Source: Bacteroidaceae bacterium (GTDB lineage Bacteria > Bacteroidota > Bacteroidia > Bacteroidales > Bacteroidaceae). From it: a stretch of 35,178 bases of DNA. Each line of letters opens with the position of its first letter. Position 1 is the first letter of the stretch. Below the pieces are notes generated by a model. That model was given only the letters and a program-made list of their open reading frames with translations. It was not told the DNA's origin and did not search any database. A program made the translations under genes and the position numbers. The DNA lies in NCBI GenBank assembly GCA_017472905.1, contig JAFUNW010000033.1:1-35178 (forward strand), given 5' to 3'. Positions 27,978-35,178 of the stretch are shown one piece after another.

Positions 27978-29021
27978 TTAGTTGTTCTCCGGACGAAGTT
28001 GACGAACCGTTACAGCTGTTTGCCACATTTCACTTTCACGAAGAGCTTTCAACTCTTCTTCCAGCTTCTCACGATAATCGGGTTTTGAGTTGCTATCAAT
28101 ACTGATTTGTGCTTCGTTACCGCATTTAACGCTGGCATAAAGCTTCTCTACCACAGGTTTAATAGCATCGTGGAAAGGTCCCATCCAATCCAATGCTCCG
28201 CGTTGAGCCGTAGTAGAGCAATTTGCATACATCCAGTCCATACCGTTCTTTGCAAACAACGGCATAAGCGACTGAGTCAATTCTTCAACGGTTTCATTGA
28301 ACGCTTCTGATGGGGTATGTCCATTCTCGCGCAATACTTCATATTGTGCTAGAAGCAAACCTTGGATAGCTCCCATCAAAGAGCCACGTTCACCGGTCAG
28401 GTCGGAAGTGGCTTCGCGAATGAAAGTTGTTTCAAACAAATATCCGGAACCAACACCGATGCCGAGAGCCAATGTGCGTTCCAATGCACGACCGGTATAA
28501 TCTTGGTAAACAGCATACGAAGAGTTAAGACCACGTCCTTCTAAGAACATGGTACGAAGTGACGTGCCGGAACCTTTCGGGGCAACCATGATTACATCAA
28601 TATCAGTCGGGGGGACAACGCCTGTACGGTCGTTCCAAGTAATAGCAAATCCGTGTGAAAAATAAAGTGCTTTACCTGCAGTCAAATAAGGCTTGATGGT
28701 AGGCCATACACTCATTACAGCTGCATCGGAAAGCAAACACATGATAATCGTTCCTTTTTCGCAAGCTTCTTCGATAGAGAATAAGGTTTCTCCGGGTACC
28801 CATCCATCGGCGATTGCCTTGTCGTAAGTTTTTCCTTGGCGTTGACCTACTATTACATTGAAACCGTTATCGCGAAGATTCAAAGATTGACCGGGACCTT
28901 GTACTCCGTAACCAATCACTGCAATCGTTTCATTTTTCAAAACTTCACGTGCTTTTTCCAAAGGGAACTCTTCGCGGGTCATCACGTTTTCGATAACACC
29001 ACCAAAATTTAATTGTGCCAT
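27978..29021 (-). CDS. ilvC: Ketol-acid reductoisomerase
   Basis: IGYGVQGPGQSLNLRD, FSHGF, VAPKGSG, SDLTGERGSLMG, CSTTAQRGA. Confidence 0.96.
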   Translation of the reverse strand: MAQLNFGGVIENVMTREEFPLEKAREVLKNETIAVIGYGVQGPGQSLNLRDNGFNVIVGQRQGKTYDKAIADGWVPGETLFSIEEACEKGTIIMCLLSDAAVMSVWPTIKPYLTAGKALYFSHGFAITWNDRTGVVPPTDIDVIMVAPKGSGTSLRTMFLEGRGLNSSYAVYQDYTGRALERTLALGIGVGSGYLFETTFIREATSDLTGERGSLMGAIQGLLLAQYEVLRENGHTPSEAFNETVEELTQSLMPLFAKNGMDWMYANCSTTAQRGALDWMGPFHDAIKPVVEKLYASVKCGNEAQISIDSNSKPDYREKLEEELKALRESEMWQTAVTVRQLRPENN

Positions 29022-29061
29022 AATCTTCTTAAATTACAATTTATAAGTTATCAATTAAAAA

Positions 29062-29799
29062 TTATTTCAATACTACTTTGCTGCGAACCACTACTTCGGT
29101 CGCATTTTTCCGCACTTCAATGTCGTATTCGTCCGGAGCCACTTCTTCGCGATAGAAGCAAAGTGTGTCTCCGTAATAGCTTTCAGCTACGTATGCCATT
29201 TCAAAGCGATGAATACGTTTTTTGCGGAATGTCTCCATAGGGAAAAGGTCTAAAATATGCTCGATATACTTGATGCTATTGACGTGGCCATTGATGTCGA
29301 TGTCGCTGTATCGTGTGCGATATTCTTCAACCGGTTTGTCTGTGGTTACCTTGATGCGTCCCGGTTTGGATATGGGGCATTCTTTATCACAAACATATTC
29401 GGCAATACTTCCTCCATGAAGAGTCAATAAATCAGCCGGTTTTCGCGTTTCCATGCTAATCATAGCCCAAACCGAACGGGCATATCCTATCGGTTTACCT
29501 TCTTTGTCAAGTATTGCAAAATTACGGTCGGTAAAGAGACGATATACATTTTCAACCCATGTTTCAATACTGAATTCATCGTATTGTTTAGGTAAATCGT
29601 TTAACTCGATAGCCAATCGAGAAAGTACCCATGTATAATGGTTCTCATTCAATTCCGCAATACCGAAACCCCGCTCAGCGGCATGAAAACCGGCACAATT
29701 GAGCAAATGGTTTCCCAATACACCCATCGTCAGTTTCCCGGTGAAATCGACATGGAAAGGCTCTGATACAAACCTGTATTCCCCTACTTTATGATTCAT
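29062..29799 (-). CDS. Acyl-ACP thioesterase (FatA/B-like double hotdog)
   Basis: TWVLSRLAIE, IETWVE, DIDINGHVNSIKYIEHILD; its ATG overlaps the ilvN stop (TAATG). Confidence 0.9.
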   Translation of the reverse strand: MNHKVGEYRFVSEPFHVDFTGKLTMGVLGNHLLNCAGFHAAERGFGIAELNENHYTWVLSRLAIELNDLPKQYDEFSIETWVENVYRLFTDRNFAILDKEGKPIGYARSVWAMISMETRKPADLLTLHGGSIAEYVCDKECPISKPGRIKVTTDKPVEEYRTRYSDIDINGHVNSIKYIEHILDLFPMETFRKKRIHRFEMAYVAESYYGDTLCFYREEVAPDEYDIEVRKNATEVVVRSKVVLK

Positions 29800-30356
29800 T
29801 ACTTTATTTCCTTATTCCTGTTATACTTCTCTTCCCGCATAGCCAAATATTCGTTGAGTCGCTCAAAGCAACTGGTAGAAATGGCGACTCGTCCTGAACG
29901 TACAAACTGCAGCACGATACCGAATTGTTGCAATTCTTCGTAAAGCGAGGAAATCTCTTCGCTCATTCCATTCTTTTCTACGATGCAGAAAGTAGGATTC
30001 ACTTCCACAACACGAGCTGCATGACGCCGAATGATTTTTGAGGCTACAGGATTGGCTTGAAAAGCCGGAGTTGCCAATTTATATAGTGCAATCTCATGTT
30101 GGTAGATTTCACTATCGGTAAAATAATTGGCCTGCAAAACATCAACTTTTCGTTCTATTTGCTTCACGACTTTCTCAATTTCACTTTGAGTAGCCCATGC
30201 AGTAATTGTATATTTATGAATACCTTTAATGGAAGAGGCTGAAACATTCAAACTCTCAATATTAATTTGACGGCGAGTAAACACAGCCGTAACTTGATTC
30301 AATAAACCTGCGATGTTCTCAGAATGAACAATCAGTGTGTACAATGTCTTTTCCAT
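29799..30356 (-). CDS. ilvN: Acetolactate synthase small (regulatory) subunit
   Basis: ENIAGLLNQVTAVFTRRQINIESLNV ACT domain, FVRSGRVAI. Confidence 0.94.
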   Translation of the reverse strand: MEKTLYTLIVHSENIAGLLNQVTAVFTRRQINIESLNVSASSIKGIHKYTITAWATQSEIEKVVKQIERKVDVLQANYFTDSEIYQHEIALYKLATPAFQANPVASKIIRRHAARVVEVNPTFCIVEKNGMSEEISSLYEELQQFGIVLQFVRSGRVAISTSCFERLNEYLAMREEKYNRNKEIK

Positions 30357-30359
30357 AAC

Positions 30360-32054
30360 TCAGCATTCTAACATCATTTTATCTACAGTACCTCCCGGAG
30401 GAGTCATCGGCATTACATTACCTTCTTCTATTACACAAGCCTCCAATAAAAATGGTCCGTCTGTCGCAAGCATTTCATGAATGGCTTCTTGCAACTCTTC
30501 CCGCTTCATGATACGGCGTGCGGGAATAGAATAGGCTGAAGCTATCTGCATATAATCTGGATTCATCATTGGAGTAAACGCATAGCGGCGACCGAAGAAC
30601 ATCGCTTGCCATTGGCGTACATTTCCCAAATAGTTATTATTCATCAGTATCATCTTTACCGGTGCTTTCTGTTCCATGATCGTTCCTAATTCTTGGATGT
30701 TCATTTGAAAACCTCCGTCACCCATAAAGACACACACTGCGCGGTCGGGACGTCCGAAAGTAGCTCCAATGGCAGCAGGCATTCCAAACCCCATTGTTCC
30801 TAAACCTCCGGAGGTAACAACACTACGTTCTTTGGTATATTTAAAATAACGAGCTGCCATCATTTGGTTTTGTCCTACGTCAGTAACCAATATTGCTTCG
30901 TGGTTGGCCGCTTCACTCACAGCACGTACAACTTCACCCATATTCAAAGGACCGGAGAGGGGATGTATTTCCGGCAGAATGACACGCTCTAATTCCAACT
31001 TCTCATGTTCGGAAAAGCTTTCAATCCATGCCGTATGGTTGTTTTGCACCATCAAATCGGTCAATTGTCGTAAGGTCTGTTTACAATCGCCCAAAACAGC
31101 TACATCTACATTGACATTTTTATTGAATTCAGACGAATCAATGTCGAGATGAATCACCTTGGCTTGTTTGGCATAGGTGGCAATGTTACCTGTTACCCGA
31201 TCATCAAAACGCATACCTACTGCAATCAGAACATCACATTCGTTTGTTTTTACATTGGGAGCCAAGTTGCCATGCATTCCCAACATGCCTTTATTTAATG
31301 GATGATCAGACGGAATAGCTGATAATCCCAACAATGTGCATCCGCAAGGTATATCTCCTTTTTCTAAAAATGCACGTAGTTCGACCTGAGCATTTCCAAG
31401 CTCCACTCCTTGACCAACCAATACCAACGGACGCTTTGCACTATTGATAAGATTTGCTGCTGCCTCTAATGTCCCTTCTTGGGATTCAGGATTGGGATCA
31501 TAGCTACGAATGAAGTCGACTGTTTCCGGTTCGTAATCAACCATCTCTACTTGTGCATTTTTGGTGAAGTCAAGTACTACCGGCCCCGGACGTCCGTTCT
31601 TGGCTAAGAAGAATGCACGAGCAACGGCCCAAGCTATGTCTTTTGCGCTACGAATTTGATAACTCCATTTAGTGATGGGTTGTGTAATACTTACCAAATC
31701 GACTTCTTGAAAAGCATCAGTACCTAACATGGCTGTAGGAACCTGACCGGCTATGACCACGATAGGCGTACTGTCTATCATTGCATCGGCTATTCCGGTA
31801 AGAGTGTTGGTTGCTCCCGGTCCACTAGTAACTAAGCAAACTCCGACTTCACCGGAAACACGGGCAAAACCTTGAGCTGCATGGGTTGCTCCTTGCTCAT
31901 GACGAACTAAAATGTGGTTCAGCGTATCGCGATGATGATAAAGGGCATCAAAAGTTGGCATGATACTTCCACCTGGATATCCAAACAAGGTTTTCACGCC
32001 TTGATGTTCCAATGAACGCATCAATGCTTCTGCCCCGGTTATTGTTTCTTTCAT
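30360..32054 (-). CDS. ilvB: Acetolactate synthase large subunit
   Basis: FGYPGG, RHEQGATHAA, TSGPGATN, TDVGQNQM, SGGLGTMGFG, GDGGFQMN (ThDP motif). Start uncertain between 32054 and 32069. Confidence 0.95.
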   Translation of the reverse strand: MKETITGAEALMRSLEHQGVKTLFGYPGGSIMPTFDALYHHRDTLNHILVRHEQGATHAAQGFARVSGEVGVCLVTSGPGATNTLTGIADAMIDSTPIVVIAGQVPTAMLGTDAFQEVDLVSITQPITKWSYQIRSAKDIAWAVARAFFLAKNGRPGPVVLDFTKNAQVEMVDYEPETVDFIRSYDPNPESQEGTLEAAANLINSAKRPLVLVGQGVELGNAQVELRAFLEKGDIPCGCTLLGLSAIPSDHPLNKGMLGMHGNLAPNVKTNECDVLIAVGMRFDDRVTGNIATYAKQAKVIHLDIDSSEFNKNVNVDVAVLGDCKQTLRQLTDLMVQNNHTAWIESFSEHEKLELERVILPEIHPLSGPLNMGEVVRAVSEAANHEAILVTDVGQNQMMAARYFKYTKERSVVTSGGLGTMGFGMPAAIGATFGRPDRAVCVFMGDGGFQMNIQELGTIMEQKAPVKMILMNNNYLGNVRQWQAMFFGRRYAFTPMMNPDYMQIASAYSIPARRIMKREELQEAIHEMLATDGPFLLEACVIEEGNVMPMTPPGGTVDKMMLEC

Positions 32055-32101
32055 TATATTCATTGTCATTTCAATCGATAAGTTATTATCAACTCCGGTT
32101 A

Positions 32102-33904
32102 CTATTCGATGATTCTTACTCCTCCTTTATCAGCCGAACTTACCATACTTGCGTAAGCTCGTAAACTTTTTGAAACCTGACGATTGCGAGTAACAGGAGT
32201 CATAGGACGTGCTGCCAGTTCTTCTTCACTGAGTCTGACATTGATGGTGCGATTGGGAATATCTATTTCAATGATGTCACCGTCAATAAGTTTACCGATG
32301 TTTCCACCTGCCGCAGCTTCCGGACTGATATGTCCGATACTTAATCCGGAGGTACCTCCACTAAAACGTCCGTCTGTAATTAGAGCACATTCCTTACCCA
32401 AATGTTTACTCTTGATATACGAGGTGGGATAGAGCATCTCCTGCATACCCGGTCCGCCCTTTGGACCTTCGTGGGTAATGACAACAACATCTCCGCTTAC
32501 AACCTTTCCATTTAAAATACCGTCACAAGCTGAATCTTGAGAATCGAACACTTTGGCCGGGCCGATAAACTTCCAGATACTTTCATCAACACCGGCTGTT
32601 TTTACTACACAACCGTCTTGTGCGATATTTCCTTTTAATACAGCCAAACCGCCGTCCTTGCTATAGGCATGTGCCAAATCTCGAATACAACCAGTAGCCC
32701 GATCTTTATCCAAAGTTTCATATTTGGAGTTTTGAGAGCCGGCTTGAATACTGAATTTATTGGCTGGCGCACTCGTATAAATACGTATGGCTTCAGCATT
32801 TGGTTCTCCGTCTGTTATGTCATAACGCGCAATCTCTTCCCCCAAAGTTGTACCGTTTACGCGTATAGCCGTTGTATCCAACAAATCTCCTTTGGCCAAT
32901 TCTGCCAAAATATTCAGAATACCACCGGCGCGATTAACATCTTGTATATGATATTTCTGGGTATTAGGAGCTACTTTACAAAGGCAGGGTACACGGCGGG
33001 ATAGCATATCAATGTCATCCATCGTAAAATCCACTCCCGCTTCATTGGCTACAGCCAACAGGTGGAGTACCGTATTGGTAGAGCCTCCCATCGCAATATC
33101 CAATGTCATGGCATTGAGAAAAGCTGTTCGAGTAGCGATGTTCAGAGGAAGTACACTTTCGTCTCCCTCTTCGTAATATTTATAGGCATTCTTTACGATT
33201 AAAGCAGCGGCATCTTTAAATAGTTGAATACGATTGGCATGAGTTGCTAATATCGTGCCGTTGCCGGGCAGAGAAAGTCCCATTGCTTCTGTCAGACAGT
33301 TCATGGAATTGGCTGTAAACATACCGGAACAGCAACCACATCCCGGACAGGCATGACGCTCAATCTCTGATACTTCTTCATCATTTACCGAAGTATCGGC
33401 ACTCTTAATCATGGCATCAATCAGGTCCAAATGTTGTCCGTTCCATTCGCCTGCTTCCATCGGACCACCGGAAACAAATACCGTTGGAATGTTTAGGCGC
33501 ATAGTTGCCATTAACATTCCTGGAGTTATCTTGTCGCAATTGCTGATGCAAACCAACGCATCCGCTTTGTGAGCATTGCACATGTACTCTACACTGTCAG
33601 CAATGATATCTCGCGAAGGAAGCGAATAAAGCATTCCGTCATGTCCCATTGCAATACCATCGTCAATCGCTATGGTATTAAACTCAGCTGCAAAACATCC
33701 AAGTTTTTCAATTTCAGATTTAACCAGTTGTCCGATTGCATGCAAATGGGTATGTCCCGGAACAAATTGAGTAAATGAATTGGCTATGGCAATGATGGGT
33801 TTCCCCATTTGTTCTTTCTTCATTCCATTGGCAACCCACAAAGCACGTGCACCTGCCATGCGGCGTCCTTGTGTACTGAATGCACTACGTAATTGCTTTT
33901 TCAT
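32102..33904 (-). CDS. ilvD: Dihydroxy-acid dehydratase
   Basis: [58 protein letters not shown]. Confidence 0.97.
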   Translation of the reverse strand: MKKQLRSAFSTQGRRMAGARALWVANGMKKEQMGKPIIAIANSFTQFVPGHTHLHAIGQLVKSEIEKLGCFAAEFNTIAIDDGIAMGHDGMLYSLPSRDIIADSVEYMCNAHKADALVCISNCDKITPGMLMATMRLNIPTVFVSGGPMEAGEWNGQHLDLIDAMIKSADTSVNDEEVSEIERHACPGCGCCSGMFTANSMNCLTEAMGLSLPGNGTILATHANRIQLFKDAAALIVKNAYKYYEEGDESVLPLNIATRTAFLNAMTLDIAMGGSTNTVLHLLAVANEAGVDFTMDDIDMLSRRVPCLCKVAPNTQKYHIQDVNRAGGILNILAELAKGDLLDTTAIRVNGTTLGEEIARYDITDGEPNAEAIRIYTSAPANKFSIQAGSQNSKYETLDKDRATGCIRDLAHAYSKDGGLAVLKGNIAQDGCVVKTAGVDESIWKFIGPAKVFDSQDSACDGILNGKVVSGDVVVITHEGPKGGPGMQEMLYPTSYIKSKHLGKECALITDGRFSGGTSGLSIGHISPEAAAGGNIGKLIDGDIIEIDIPNRTINVRLSEEELAARPMTPVTRNRQVSKSLRAYASMVSSADKGGVRIIE

Positions 33905-33918
33905 AATTTATATATTTT

Positions 33919-33949
33919 AAAAGCCTTTCCCACATCAGTGAGAAAGGCT
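33919..33949 (-). terminator. Attenuator terminator of the ilv operon leader
   Basis: mRNA AGCCUUUCUCAC-UGAU-GUGGGAAAGGCU-UUU, about 15 nt before the ilvD ATG; the single wobble is U-G only on the minus strand. Confidence 0.8.
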
Positions 33950-33993
33950 ATCAACTAATTCTATTTAAATACACATACAGATACACAACTTTC

Positions 33994-34068
33994 TCACGCT
34001 CTTGATGTTTCCACCACGACGTTCACCACTAGTAGGCTGCTAATTCGTGTAATGACTGTATGCAACAT
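33994..34068 (-). CDS. ilv operon leader peptide, 24 aa: MLHTVITRISSLLVVNVVVETSRA
   Basis: ATG 34068 to TGA 33994; 11 of 24 residues are Val/Ile/Leu, including CTA-CTA-GTG-GTG; lies between the promoter and the terminator. Confidence 0.85.
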   Translation of the reverse strand: MLHTVITRISSLLVVNVVVETSRA

Positions 34069-34094
34069 ATTCTTCTCTTTTTTATTAATGGGTG

Positions 34095-34125
34095 CAAAGG
34101 TAAGTTGTTTTTCGTAACCGGCAAA
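34095..34125 (-). promoter_or_regulatory. sigma-A promoter of the ilv operon (TTTG -33 at 34122-34125, TACCTTTG -7 at 34095-34102)
   Basis: Both elements on the minus strand, 19-nt spacing, about 27 nt upstream of the leader ATG. Confidence 0.8.
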
Positions 34126-34222
34126 CATTTTTCTGATTTTTTTCGCGTATACACAAAAAAAAGTCAGAAACAAAGTGAGTCTGCTTCCATTTTATTACTT
34201 TGGTTTGAGCGCGGAAGAATAT

Positions 34223-34280
34223 ATATGGCGTTTCTCTAGTGCCTCAAGGAATGAGCAAGTGATAGTGAAGGGCTTCACGC
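34223..34280 (+). repeat. Copy 1 of a ~58-nt duplicated motif (copy 2 at 35029-35087)
   Basis: ATATGGCGTTTCTC-nn-GTGCCTCA-n6/7-GAGC-n-AG-n-GATAGTG-n-AGGGCTTCACGC shared by both copies. Confidence 0.85.
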
Positions 34281-34654
34281 TTGAGCCGAAATATAAACTA
34301 CTTACTGATAATCAGAAATACATCAACGAAAACTCTATGAATTGATTCCATAAAGTTCCCGTTGTTTTTTATTTTTCCAAGATGTTATATATTTATAGAT
34401 ATGTGCGATTCTTGGTCGGTAAGTCAAAAAATAATAGAGTTACCGATAAAGAATCGAAAGGTTTTGCTTGCCTTTGTATCAACTTAAATAATTGTAGATC
34501 GCAGGACACCGAGATAAACAAATGTACTCCTTTGGCGAATTCAAGGATATTATCGAGGGAGATTAGTTACCTACTATTTGAAGAGGAATCTCCCCGTTTT
34601 TACACTTTTAGGAAGAAAAACAATCCAAAATTGTATATTCTAACCGAAAATTAC

Positions 34655-34662
34655 TATATTTG
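34655..34662 (+). promoter_or_regulatory. sigma-A -7 element TATATTTG facing the structured non-coding region
   Basis: TAnnTTTG match with ATTG at about the -33 position; no credible CDS downstream within the window. Confidence 0.5.
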
Positions 34663-34862
34663 CGAACAAAGTTTGCGATGGATTGTAAAAAATGTATGTA
34701 AGAACTAACTTCCATTCATTCGTTTACTTAACTATCGCAATGTTCCACGCCGATGGTTCTATCTCCAATAGAGAGGAACGGGAAAGTGGAAAAAGACATA
34801 TTGAAAGGCGTTTACTACGCTTTGGTTTTGATGCTCTGAAATCCTGAGAAAATTTCAAAAAA

Positions 34863-35095
34863 ATCCTGTCAAAACTAAGCAACGGTAGATGCCCCTTGGT
34901 TGTATCTACGTACAGCCCTCATTGTGTCAAAGCCATTGGTGTATCCTTACACCAATGGCAACTTTGGGCACAACGGGGTTGTTAGTATACCTACAGCGTG
35001 GGGCTTTTGCGTTGCTCGTTTCTACAGGATATGGCGTTTCTCAGGTGCCTCAGAGCGTGGAGCGAGCGATAGTGCAGGGCTTCACGCCTTTTTAT
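34863..35095 (+). ncRNA. Candidate structured RNA: ~168-nt imperfect hairpin plus copy 2 of the duplicated motif
   Basis: Nested stems from ATCCTGT/ACAGGAT to the apex GCCATTGGTGTA-TCCT-TACACCAATGGC, with several G-U pairs on the + strand. Confidence 0.55.
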
Positions 35096-35178
35096 GTCCT
35101 AATGTCACATAGTTAAAACATGCGGTCGCCGTAGTCCTCGGCCGTAAACGAACGGTTACTATGCCTATCGAAGCTGAC

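Noticed and set aside
34382-35116. ORFs 34382-34708, 34889-35116 and 34900-35112
   Set aside because: No protein-like features, and they run through promoter boxes and strong hairpins; better explained as non-coding.
35131-35151. GTAGTCCTCGGCCGTAAACGA resembles a 16S rRNA segment
   Set aside because: Only ~20 nt with mismatches, and the flanks are not rRNA-like.

Overview
Bacteroidales (Prevotellaceae-like) chromosomal window, T9SS-positive. The left part is housekeeping: the 5' 1368 codons of the T9SS translocon sprA/sov (missing from the ORF track), ruvA, ddh, a DUF5106/thioredoxin-fold protein, mazG, tRNA-Gln(CTG), pepO (M13), a DUF4251 protein, a carbon-nitrogen hydrolase (aguB-like) and sufS. 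A 116-bp inverted-repeat element then precedes a ~14-kb CAZyme-free SusC/SusD locus. This locus encodes a TlpA oxidoreductase, a five-domain T9SS-CTD surface protein with mosaic internal repeats, SusC, SusD, two accessory lipoproteins and an M16 peptidase, and is a candidate protein/peptide-utilisation system. The right part is the ilvD-ilvB-ilvN-thioesterase-ilvC operon, preceded by an unannotated 24-aa Val/Ile/Leu-rich leader peptide with a terminator/antiterminator pair (a classical attenuator). The last ~1 kb has no credible CDS but is dense in RNA structure, including a ~168-nt hairpin and a duplicated ~58-nt motif. Product calls rest on motifs recognised by eye; no database searches were run.
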